This document shows, piece by piece, positions 17,836 to 26,583 of a stretch of DNA of 64,000 bases. Source of the DNA: Chloroflexota bacterium (GTDB lineage Bacteria > Chloroflexota > Anaerolineae > Aggregatilineales > Phototrophicaceae); assembly GCA_028875245.1 (NCBI GenBank), contig JAPPEU010000033.1, positions 24,992-88,991 of the forward strand. The letters are read 5' to 3'. The translations under genes and the position numbers were made by a program. Numbering within the stretch: position 1 is the first letter of the stretch; the number at the start of each line of letters is the position of its first letter. The notes under the pieces were generated by a model. It had not been told where the DNA came from and ran no database searches. It worked only from the letters and a program-made list of their open reading frames with translations.

Positions 17836-19134
17836 TCAAGCGTGCACCCGCCGCGCCAGCGCTGTGAAGCGATCGATCATATCGTCAATGGCGAAAGACT
17901 CTTTGCCGATGATGAAAGAATGCGCCTTGTTGTTGAAGTTGCGGGTCCAGTGCTCGGGGATGGCGTCTTTTCCATAAGCGGCGCCGAAGATGCTGCCGGC
18001 GCTGGCGGCGGTGCAGTCATTGTCCAAGCCCATGGCCACCGTCTCGCCGATGACCTTGGTGAAGTTGTCTCCGCCGATGTTCAATCCCCAAATGGTCAGC
18101 GCCACATTGTTGATGGTGTGCACCGGGTGCATGCCGGCGTAGCGCTCCTCGGCGGCGGCGCGCGCGGCGCGATAATCCTTGATGTCGCCGGCGATGTCCA
18201 ATGCCCAGCGCACTTCGCGCGCCAGCACGCAATCAGCAGGTATCTCCGCCAGGCCGGCCTCAAGCGCCTGCAGTGGATCGCCCGTGGCGAAGGCGGCAGC
18301 AATGACGGCGGAGAAATACATAGCGCCGTAGATGCCGTTGCGGCGGCTGGAGACGGTGGCATTGCGCCAGGAGAATTCGGCTGCTTTTTCGGGATAACCG
18401 GGCGCGGCATAGCCCCAGGGGTCGGATTGAATGTCGCCGATGATCCAGAACATGGTAGGGTTGTCGACCGCGGCCGCCTGATTAGCTGGTATGCCCGCTT
18501 GCAGATTGCCGAGCACGGGCGACGCCGGCGAGACGGGCAGGTACTTGACCCAGGCCGCGCCGACATCGTCGGTGCTGAAGTCGATGCCATAATCTTCCAG
18601 GATGAGCATGCCCAGCTGCGTGTAGATGAGGTCGTCATCGGTGGGCACGCCGTCCATTTTTGCCGGCGTGAAGGCGTCGCGCCGGCTGGTCTCATACTTG
18701 TATTCAAAGGGCCGCTCGGCGGCGCTCCAGTAATCGGCGGGCGGAAAGGCTTCGCCGAGGTAAGCCGCCCAAGCCTCCATTTGCTCCGGCGCCCAAAGCT
18801 CGACGATCGAGCCCAAAGTGCAGCCGGCGCAGCGCCCCAGCCAGGCGCCCTCCAGGCGATCGCGGTAGGTCGCCTCGGGCAGCTCGGTCCAGTAGCGGCG
18901 CGTCCCGGCGGGCCGCAAGGCGCGTATCCCGTCCAGGTCATCCGGTTCGGCGGCGCGCAGAGCGGGGTCATCGGGCAGGGCGCGCAGCTCCGTCAGCTTT
19001 TCGGCGAGCAGTGATTTAATCTCCGCCAATTTTTCCGGGATGCCGGCGGCGCCGGTTTCCGTCTTCAGCTGCGCCCAGAGGTTGATCGTTCGGGCGCTGT
19101 CTTGCAGGCCTTCGGGGTAGTTGTAATTGGTCAT
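17836..19134 (-). CDS. ADP-ribosylglycohydrolase-like protein, tandem paralog P1 (most divergent)
   Basis: C-terminal 'AMGLDNDCTAASAGSIFGAAYG' ARH signature and 'VPTDDDLIYT'. About 100-aa N-terminal extension shared with P2-P4. Confidence 0.75.
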   Translation of the reverse strand: MTNYNYPEGLQDSARTINLWAQLKTETGAAGIPEKLAEIKSLLAEKLTELRALPDDPALRAAEPDDLDGIRALRPAGTRRYWTELPEATYRDRLEGAWLGRCAGCTLGSIVELWAPEQMEAWAAYLGEAFPPADYWSAAERPFEYKYETSRRDAFTPAKMDGVPTDDDLIYTQLGMLILEDYGIDFSTDDVGAAWVKYLPVSPASPVLGNLQAGIPANQAAAVDNPTMFWIIGDIQSDPWGYAAPGYPEKAAEFSWRNATVSSRRNGIYGAMYFSAVIAAAFATGDPLQALEAGLAEIPADCVLAREVRWALDIAGDIKDYRAARAAAEERYAGMHPVHTINNVALTIWGLNIGGDNFTKVIGETVAMGLDNDCTAASAGSIFGAAYGKDAIPEHWTRNFNNKAHSFIIGKESFAIDDMIDRFTALARRVHA

Positions 19135-19228
19135 GTATTATTCCTAATGCATTGTACGGTTGGGCGGATCGGCGGGCGACCCCAATGGGTCACTCCTGCA
19201 AGGATTCCAAGAATTGATGGCGCCCCGT

Positions 19229-19259
19229 TTTCTCTGTGCCCTCTGTGCCTCTGTGGTGA
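19229..19259. repeat. octamer-repeat module
   Basis: TTCTCTGTGCCCTCTGTGCCTCTGTGGTGA abuts the stop codon of P2. Confidence 0.75.
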
Positions 19260-19261
19260 GT

Positions 19262-20572
19262 TTATTCACCCGCCAGCGTTGTCTTCGCCAGCGCCGTGTA
19301 GCGCTCGAACATATCATCCAGCGCGAAATGGGGCTGCCCGATGATGTATGAATAGACCGTGTTATTGAAATTTCGCGTCCAGTGTTCAGGGATGGCGTCT
19401 ACCCCGTAAGCGGCGCCGAAGATGCTGCCGGCGGTGGCGGCGGTGCAATCGTTGTCGAGGCCCATGGCCACGGTTTCGCTGATGACTTTGCCGAAATCTT
19501 CACCGCCGATGGTCAGCCCCCAGATAGTCAGCGCGGCATTGTTGATGGTGTGAATGCGGTGCATGCCGGCGAAGCGCTCGTCGACGGCGGCGCGCGCCTC
19601 GCGGTAGTCATTGATGCCGCCGGCGGCTTCCAGCGCCCAGCGTATTTCGCGCGCCAGCAGGCAATCAGCGGGTATCTCCGCCAGGCCGGCTTCCAGCGCC
19701 TGCATTGGATCCCCCAGGGCGAAGGCGGCGGCGATCACAGCGGAGAAGTACATCGCGCCGTAGATGCCGTTTCGCCGATGGCTGATGGTCGCGTCGCGCC
19801 AGGCGAACTCAGCGGCTTTCTCGGGATAACCGGGCGCGGCGTAGCCCCAAGGGTCGGAGCGGATATCGGCGCCGATCCAGAACATGAAGGGATTATCGAC
19901 AGTCGCCGCAGCCATCGGCGGGACGCCGTTGTGCAAATTGCGCAGGGCGACGCCTTCCGCCGTCGCCGCATGGGGCAGGTATTTCATCCAGGCGGCGCCG
20001 ACATCGTCCACGCTGAAGCCGGGCCCATAATCTTCCAGGATGAGCATGCCCAGCTGGGTGTAGATGATGTCGTCATCGGTGGGCACGCCATCCATTTTGG
20101 AGCGGGTGAAGGCCTCGCGCAGGCTTGTCTTGTATTTGAGATCATGCGGCCGTTCCGCCTCGCTCCAATAATCAGTCGGCGGGAAGGCGTCGCCTAAGTA
20201 TTCCGCCCAGCGCTCCATCTTCTCGATCTCCCAGCATTCGACGATCGAGCCCAAAACACAGCCAGCGAAGCGTCCCATGATCGCGCCTTCAATGCGGTCG
20301 AGGTAGGAGTCTTCCGGCAGTTCTGTCCAGTAGCGGCGCGTCCCCGCCGGCCGCAGGGCGCGGATGCCATCCAGGTCGTCCGGTTCCAGCGCTTGCAGCG
20401 CGGGGTCATCGGGCAGGGCGCGCAGCTCGGCCAGCTTCTCGCTTAGCAGGACGTTGATCTCCCCCACTTTCTCGGCGACGCCGGGAGCGCCCGTTTCCGC
20501 CTTCAGCTGGGCCCAGACGTTTATGGACCGGTCGATGTCTTCCAGGGGCTCGGGATAATTATAGTTGGTCAT
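19262..20572 (-). CDS. ADP-ribosylglycohydrolase-like protein, tandem paralog P2
   Basis: Same architecture as P1. Both N-termini begin with the same MTNYNYPE octapeptide. Confidence 0.8.
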   Translation of the reverse strand: MTNYNYPEPLEDIDRSINVWAQLKAETGAPGVAEKVGEINVLLSEKLAELRALPDDPALQALEPDDLDGIRALRPAGTRRYWTELPEDSYLDRIEGAIMGRFAGCVLGSIVECWEIEKMERWAEYLGDAFPPTDYWSEAERPHDLKYKTSLREAFTRSKMDGVPTDDDIIYTQLGMLILEDYGPGFSVDDVGAAWMKYLPHAATAEGVALRNLHNGVPPMAAATVDNPFMFWIGADIRSDPWGYAAPGYPEKAAEFAWRDATISHRRNGIYGAMYFSAVIAAAFALGDPMQALEAGLAEIPADCLLAREIRWALEAAGGINDYREARAAVDERFAGMHRIHTINNAALTIWGLTIGGEDFGKVISETVAMGLDNDCTAATAGSIFGAAYGVDAIPEHWTRNFNNTVYSYIIGQPHFALDDMFERYTALAKTTLAGE

Positions 20573-20628
20573 GGGTTGCTCCTAAATGGTTGCATGCTTG
20601 TTCATATCGTCCTCTCAAGGAGAAACTT

Positions 20629-20742
20629 GTAGGGGCGTCTTGCTGAGACGCCCGCGTTCTGTACATGGGATTTCAGGCGAGCCGCCGTCTCGCCCCTACA
20701 GTTTCGAATGATTGCAGGCGACCCGGTTGGGCAGTCCCTACA
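20629..20742. repeat. cluster of GTAG-type GC-rich hairpins (REP/BIME-like)
   Basis: GTAGGGGCGTCTTGCTGAGACGCCC..., GGCGAGCCGCCGTCTCGCCCCTAC and GCAGGCGACCCGGTTGGGCAGTCCCTAC in alternating orientation. Confidence 0.75.
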
Positions 20743-20758
20743 ATCTCGCGCGCGGCGA

Positions 20759-22066
20759 CTAGCCCGCGGCGTGCGTCTTCTCCGCTTGCGCGACAAAGCG
20801 ATCGATGACGTCATCTATGGCAAATGGCGATTGGTGATAGAGGAAGGTATGCACCTTGTTGTTGAAGTTCTTGTACCAGTGTTTGGGGATGGCGCTTTTG
20901 CCATAGACGGCGCCCCAGATGCTGCCGGCGGTGGCGGCGGTGCAGTCGTTGTCCTTGCCCATGGCGACCGTCTCGCCGATGACCTTGCTGTAGTCCTCGC
21001 CACCAACCGTCAAGCCCCAAACGGTTAGCACGGTGTTGTTGATGGCATGCGCGCCGCCCATGACCGTATAGCGCTCCTCGATGGCGGCGGCGGCATCGCG
21101 ATAGTTCGCGATCTGCGGCGCGACTTCCAGCGCCCAGCGTGTCTCGCGCGCCAGGTAACAGTCGGCCGGTATTTCTTCGAGGCCGATCTTGAGCGCGTCG
21201 ACTGTGTTGTCGACGGCGAAGGCGGCTGAAATGGCGGCGGAGAAGAACATGGCGGCGAAGATGCCATTGCGCCGATGGCTCACGTAGGCGTCGCGATGGG
21301 CGAACTCGGCCGCTTTCTCCGGCCAGCCGGGCGCGGCATAACCCCAGGGGTCGGAGCGGATGTCGGCGCCGATCCAGTTCAGAAAGGGATTATCGACCTC
21401 GGCCGCCTGCAGCGGCGCGACGCCCTTGCGCAGGTTGTCGAGCGCGATGCCTTCGGCGGTGAAGGCGAAGGGCAAATACTTGATCCAGGCCTCGCCCAGC
21501 TCGTCGGTGGTGAAATCGAGCCCGTACTCCTCGAGGATCATCAGGCCGAGCAGCGTGTAGTTGAGGTCGTCATCGGTGGGTACGCCGTCCATCTTCGCCG
21601 GCGTGAAATCTTCGCGCAGGCTGGTCTGATACTTCTGCATGTGCGGCTGTTCGGCGACGCTCCAATAATCCACCAGCGGGTATTCGTCGCCGAGATAAGC
21701 GGCCCAATCTTCCATGCGTTCGACCGTCCAGCCTTCGACGATGGAACCGAGTGTGCAACCGGCGCAGCGCCCGAGCCAGGAGCCTTCGAGGCGCTCGCGA
21801 AAATCGTCGGCGAGCGAGTTCCACATTCGGCGTCCGCCGGCGGGGCGCAGGCGGCGGATCGTCTCCAGGTCGTCGGGTTCCGCTTTTGCCAGGGCGGCGT
21901 CGTTGGGCAGCGCGTCGAGCTCCGCGACTTTCTGCGCGAGCAGGGCTTCGATCTCGGCCACCTTTTCGGCCACGCCCGGCGCGCCAAACTCGACTTTCTG
22001 CTGGGCGTAGGCGTTGATCCTGCGTTCCCAGGCCGCTACCTTGTCCGGATATTCAAATAGACGCAT
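20759..22066 (-). CDS. ADP-ribosylglycohydrolase-like protein, tandem paralog P3
   Basis: GAGGAG RBS before the ATG at 22066 (MRLFEYPD). 'AMGKDNDCTAATAGSIWGAVYG'. Confidence 0.8.
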   Translation of the reverse strand: MRLFEYPDKVAAWERRINAYAQQKVEFGAPGVAEKVAEIEALLAQKVAELDALPNDAALAKAEPDDLETIRRLRPAGGRRMWNSLADDFRERLEGSWLGRCAGCTLGSIVEGWTVERMEDWAAYLGDEYPLVDYWSVAEQPHMQKYQTSLREDFTPAKMDGVPTDDDLNYTLLGLMILEEYGLDFTTDELGEAWIKYLPFAFTAEGIALDNLRKGVAPLQAAEVDNPFLNWIGADIRSDPWGYAAPGWPEKAAEFAHRDAYVSHRRNGIFAAMFFSAAISAAFAVDNTVDALKIGLEEIPADCYLARETRWALEVAPQIANYRDAAAAIEERYTVMGGAHAINNTVLTVWGLTVGGEDYSKVIGETVAMGKDNDCTAATAGSIWGAVYGKSAIPKHWYKNFNNKVHTFLYHQSPFAIDDVIDRFVAQAEKTHAAG

Positions 22067-22255
22067 GATGTTCTCCTCTGTGAAATTTCTTTGCCGACTG
22101 AATAAAGCTTTCTTCGTGGGATTGCTCGACACTATTTCGCCGTCTCTTGCGCCATTAGGCTACCCACTGCCTTTAGACACTCGCTAATGCAAGAATGATT
22201 GCGGTAACATAAAATTGCGTTAGCGTATCTGAACCAGATCGAGATCGGACAATCA

Positions 22256-22468
22256 ATGGAAAGCATTGTGGCAGAGTCGTTGTCGCCCGCGGATAATACT
22301 AGCACGACGCAAGAGTCTATCCGAGAGCGTATGAAAGGCATTGAAAAAGATATTGAGTGGATCAAACGGCTGCTCTTTGTCATGATCGCCGGTATGCTCG
22401 CATTGTTTGTAGTTCTCTATGAGCTGCGAGGGACAGTTGAAGCGATTCAGAATAGCTTGTCAAACTGA
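22256..22468 (+). CDS. small coiled-coil protein with C-terminal transmembrane helix (XhlA-like topology)
   Basis: 70-aa ORF in a low-GC pocket, on the opposite strand to its neighbours. 'IEWIKRLLFVMIAGMLALFVVLY' is a hydrophobic helix. Weak RBS. Confidence 0.45.
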   Translation: MESIVAESLSPADNTSTTQESIRERMKGIEKDIEWIKRLLFVMIAGMLALFVVLYELRGTVEAIQNSLSN

Positions 22469-22584
22469 ACTGTTGTCCGCGCCAAAGCCAGCATTTGATT
22501 TGATGGTTGTGATGCAATGCCATTTCCTAAACTTATCAAAATGTTGACGGGCGACCTCACAGATTCGAAACGAATGCGGTTCGC

Positions 22585-23892
22585 CTAACTCTCCGCCATG
22601 ACCCTTTCGGCCTGGGCGGCGAAGCGATCTACGGTGTCATCAATGGCGAAGGTCCGCTTGCCGTTCAGGTAAGAGTGCATCGTGTTGTTGAAGTTGCGCG
22701 TCCAATGTTCCGGTATCGCGCTCGCCCCATAGACGGCGCCGAAGATGCTGCCCGCGGTGGCGGCCGTGCAGTCGTTATCCTGGCCCATGGCGACGGTCTC
22801 GCCGATGACCTTGGTGTAGTCATCACCGCCGACGGCCAAGCCCCAAACCGTCAGAGCGTTGTTCTGCAGGGAATGCGACTTCCACAAGCCGGGATAGCGT
22901 TCTTCACAGAGCGCGGCGGCGTCTTTGTAACCGGAAATCGACGGCGCCTTATCCAGCGCCCAGCGAATTTCACGCGCCGTAATGGACTCGGCGGGAATCT
23001 CTTCCAGGCCGATTTGCAGCGCTTCCATCGGATCGTCGACGGCGAAGGCGGCCGCGATCGCCGCTGAGAAGTACATGGCGGAATAGATGCCGTTGCGGCG
23101 GTGGCTGATTGTCGCGTCGCGCCAGGCGAATTCGGCCGCTTTTTCCGGCCAGCCGGGCGCGGCGTAGCCCCAGGGGTCGGAGCGGATATCGGCGCCGATG
23201 AAGTTGAGGCAGGGGTTGTTGAGCGCGCCCGCTTGCAACGCCGGCACGCCATTGCGCAGGTTCTCCAGCGCGACGCCCTCGGCGGTGAAGGCGAAGGGCA
23301 GGTATTGCACCCAGGCGGCGCCCACATCTTCGACGGTGAAATCGGGACCGTATTCTTCCAGAATCAGCAGGCCAAGCGCGGTATAGTTGAGGTCGTCATC
23401 GCTGGGCACGCCGTCCATCTTGGCGGGCGTGTAATCGTGGCGGGTGCTGACCTTGAGCCGGGGCTCGTGGGGCTGTTCCGCCTGGCTCCAATAATCCACG
23501 AGCGGGAAGGGGTCGCCGATATAAGCGGCCCAGCGCTCCATGCGGTCGACCTTCCAGCCTTCGACGATAGAGCCGAGCGTGCAGCCGGCGCAGCGCGCCA
23601 GCCAGGCCCCTTCCAGCCGATCGCGGAAGTCGTCGGGGAGCGATGTCAGCATGCGGCGGCGGCCGGCGGGGCGCAAGGCCAGGATGGACGGCAGATCGTC
23701 TGGCTCCGCCTGCTCCAGCGCGGGGTCATTGGGCAGCGCGTCGAGCTCCGCGACTTTCTGCTTGAGCAGCGCTTCAATCTCGGCGACCTTTTCCGCGACG
23801 CCCTGGGCGCCGAATTCGACCTTTTGCTTGGCATAGCGGTTGATGGTCAGCTCCCAGCCTTCCAAATCGTCAACATAATCAAAAAGCTTCAT
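22585..23892 (-). CDS. ADP-ribosylglycohydrolase-like protein, tandem paralog P4
   Basis: ATG at 23892 (MKLFDYVDD). 'AMGQDNDCTAATAGSIFGAVYG'. Confidence 0.8.
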   Translation of the reverse strand: MKLFDYVDDLEGWELTINRYAKQKVEFGAQGVAEKVAEIEALLKQKVAELDALPNDPALEQAEPDDLPSILALRPAGRRRMLTSLPDDFRDRLEGAWLARCAGCTLGSIVEGWKVDRMERWAAYIGDPFPLVDYWSQAEQPHEPRLKVSTRHDYTPAKMDGVPSDDDLNYTALGLLILEEYGPDFTVEDVGAAWVQYLPFAFTAEGVALENLRNGVPALQAGALNNPCLNFIGADIRSDPWGYAAPGWPEKAAEFAWRDATISHRRNGIYSAMYFSAAIAAAFAVDDPMEALQIGLEEIPAESITAREIRWALDKAPSISGYKDAAALCEERYPGLWKSHSLQNNALTVWGLAVGGDDYTKVIGETVAMGQDNDCTAATAGSIFGAVYGASAIPEHWTRNFNNTMHSYLNGKRTFAIDDTVDRFAAQAERVMAES

Positions 23893-24081
23893 AGCATCAT
23901 CCTGTTTCAAAGCATCAATTGGCAGTTCCGCAAGCATAACAATTCAGACAACCCGCGTCAAAAGAATCTCGATTGCTTGAATTACCGAGGCAATACCTGT
24001 CTCGCCACCGTCCAACAGCTTAAAGAAATTTGCGGGCGAGCCGGCGGCAATCGGGCGGATCCGCGCGCTAATGAACGTTTC

Positions 24082-24873
24082 TTATTTGGCGCGCAGAAGC
24101 GACAAAAGCTGCGCGGCATTCTGGCGGGCGGCTTTGCGCCGATCCGGCCATTGGTGCGGTTCAAGGCAATAGTAACCGCCATAGTTCGCCGCCTTCAGCG
24201 CCGCCACTTGCCCTGCCAGGTCAACGACGCCGTCATTGATCGCCACCCAGCCCGCCTCAGCCGTCCAGTTTTTGAAGTGGACATGGGCGATCAGATCGCG
24301 CGCCGCGTCATAACCGGCGGGGTAGGCGGTTTCGCCGGAGGCGGCCGCGTTGGCCGGATCCCACGCGACTTTGACGCCGAGGGTCCGCGCGATCGTCGCC
24401 AGATTGGCGCCGGTATCGGCATAGATGCTGGAGACGTTTTCCAGCAGGACTTCAATGCCTTCGCGCGCGCAGAGGTCAATCGCCCGGCCAAGATGGTCGT
24501 AAATGGCCGCCGGAATCGCTTCAGAGCGGCTCTCGCGCCGGAAGCTGAAGAGGGTCATGCGCCGAATCTCCAGGCGCTGCATCAGGCGAAAGGCCGTTGG
24601 CAGGCGCGTCTCGAAGGTCTCCGCGATATCGGCCGCGTCCAGCGGCCCCTTGAAAAAGCCGGGGCTGACGCCGATCAGCTCCAGGTCGAGATCGGCGGCG
24701 GTATCCGCCACTTCTTGCAGAGCCCGCTCGGTCACATCCGGGAAGCGCCGGCCCGCCAGCGCGCGCAGCTCATAAGCGCGAATGCCCAGCGACCGCCCCA
24801 GCCTCGCCGCCTCGGCGAAGGAGTCGTCAATCTCGTCGCTGACGATGGCGAGTCGGTCCGTCCAGTCGGTCAT
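24082..24873 (-). CDS. sugar phosphate isomerase/epimerase (xylose-isomerase-like TIM barrel)
   Basis: 'LAIVSDEIDDSF', 'ENVSSIYADTG', 'VHFKNW' and 'YCLEPH' pattern typical of the AP-endonuclease-2/TIM family. Confidence 0.75.
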   Translation of the reverse strand: MTDWTDRLAIVSDEIDDSFAEAARLGRSLGIRAYELRALAGRRFPDVTERALQEVADTAADLDLELIGVSPGFFKGPLDAADIAETFETRLPTAFRLMQRLEIRRMTLFSFRRESRSEAIPAAIYDHLGRAIDLCAREGIEVLLENVSSIYADTGANLATIARTLGVKVAWDPANAAASGETAYPAGYDAARDLIAHVHFKNWTAEAGWVAINDGVVDLAGQVAALKAANYGGYYCLEPHQWPDRRKAARQNAAQLLSLLRAK

Positions 24874-24993
24874 TGCTTGCCTTTGTCCTGTCGGTTGTCT
24901 TCGCCTACTTCCGACAATGGTAACGCTTCCCGCGCGCCACTGCACGAAATGCGGGGCGACACTGGCGTCGCTCGCAACACATTAGGATGATTT

Positions 24994-25210
24994 GGGCGTT
25001 TCAGCGCCGCGACATAGGGCGCGTAGACACTGACCGCCGACACTGCGGGTCAAACGCCCCTGCGGGTCTTCAAATTGCAAGATTTTAATTACTTATTTGG
25101 AACTACAGTCCCTCACGAGTGGCAACTCGGCTCACACAAAAATATGAACCCGCAAAATGGAAAGTTTTAGATTGCTTACTTGGAATCACTTCTGTGCCTC
25201 TGTGGCGAAA
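24994..25210. repeat. composite repeat block: GC hairpins, inverted copy of the ~75-bp module (25103..25160), octamer tail
   Basis: 25103..25160 is the reverse complement of the module at 53991..54066 with few mismatches. Confidence 0.7.
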
Positions 25211-25320
25211 AACCGCTGTGCTCTCGCAGGAATTATCCTCTACAATTGCAGTCTAACATCCGCCAAGAAAATGCAGGGGCGAGCCATTGAGTCGCCCGTT
25301 AACCAAGAAGGCTACAGTCT

Positions 25321-26427
25321 ATGAAGATAACGGATATCGAACTGCGCCAATATCGCTGGGAGCGAGGCGCGCCGATTCGCAACGGCATGCACACCTACGT
25401 CTGGACCGGAATTGGTCTCATCCACATTCACACCGACGAGGGCGTCAGTGGTATTGGCTGGGCGCTGGAGCCGCAGCATGCCGGTATCGCGCAGGTGGCC
25501 GCGGGCTTGCTCGAATATTGCAAGCCCCTTCTCATCGGCGAAGATCCCTTCAATTATCGGCGAATCTGGGAGAAGCTCTGGGTACCGAAGCTGGTCGGCC
25601 GGCGCGGCTTGACCACGCGCTTCATCAGCGGGATTGATATCGCGCTCTGGGATTTGATGGGGGTAGCGACCGGCAAGTCGGTGCACAAGCTGCTGGGCGC
25701 GGCGCAAGCGCGCGTGCCGGCCTACATCGCGGGCGGCTATTACGAAGAGGGCAAGGGGCTGGCGGGCCTGGCGGCGGAAATGGAAGCGAACCTGGCCCTG
25801 GGCGCCAAGGCGGTCAAGATGAAGATCGGCGGGGCTTCAATTGCGGAAGATGTCGAGCGCGTCCGCGTCGTGCGCGAGACCATCGGGCCCGATGTCGACT
25901 TGATGGTCGATGCCAACTGCGCCTACAGCGGGCGCGACGCGGTCAAACTTGCGCGCAAAATCGAGCGTTACGACATTTTCTGGTTCGAGGAGCCGCTGCC
26001 GCCGGATGATTATCGCGGGCATGGCCGGTTGGCCGCCGCGACATCCATCCCGATCGCCACCGGCGAGAACGAGTATACGCGCTACGGATTCCGCGATCTC
26101 ATCGCCCATGACGCGGCCGCCATCTTTAATGCCGATGCGCAATTGCTGGGCGGCATCACCGAGTTCATGAATGTCGCCGCCCTGGCCGCGGCCCATGACC
26201 TGCACATCGCGCCTCATGGCGATCAGGAGATTCACCTGCATCTCGTCGGCGCGATTCCCAACGGGCTCATCGTGGAATATTATCGCGACACGATTGACGC
26301 CAACCGCGGGAATCTGTTTGAGGAAAAACTGAGTTTGGATGATGACGGCTGGCTGACGGTTCCCGATCGTCCCGGGCTGGGCTTCACGCCGAATTACGAC
26401 TTTCTCGAGCGGCATCGGCTGGCTTAG
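25321..26427 (+). CDS. enolase-superfamily enzyme (mandelate racemase/muconate lactonizing family, acid-sugar dehydratase-like)
   Basis: 'VKMKIGG', 'LMVDANCAY', 'FWFEEP' and 'IATGENE' metal-ligand pattern. Confidence 0.85.
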   Translation: MKITDIELRQYRWERGAPIRNGMHTYVWTGIGLIHIHTDEGVSGIGWALEPQHAGIAQVAAGLLEYCKPLLIGEDPFNYRRIWEKLWVPKLVGRRGLTTRFISGIDIALWDLMGVATGKSVHKLLGAAQARVPAYIAGGYYEEGKGLAGLAAEMEANLALGAKAVKMKIGGASIAEDVERVRVVRETIGPDVDLMVDANCAYSGRDAVKLARKIERYDIFWFEEPLPPDDYRGHGRLAAATSIPIATGENEYTRYGFRDLIAHDAAAIFNADAQLLGGITEFMNVAALAAAHDLHIAPHGDQEIHLHLVGAIPNGLIVEYYRDTIDANRGNLFEEKLSLDDDGWLTVPDRPGLGFTPNYDFLERHRLA

Positions 26428-26583
26428 ACGCCATCCCGGCGGCGAAGGAGATTTACCAGCGAGTTTTGAAAACAAACAGGGCTGGAATCGCGAGGAAGGA
26501 GTGCTCCAATTCCACTTGAATCGCTTGAACTGTCATGTCATCGTGGTACAATTGCGTTGTGTCTAATCGCTGATAGAGGCTGA

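Noticed and set aside
19102-19351. Short ORFs such as '...FSLCPLCLCGE...' (19102..19344, 39914..40216, 28354..28557)
   Set aside because: They are generated by translation of the octamer-repeat or MITE modules and recur wherever the repeat occurs. They are not genes.
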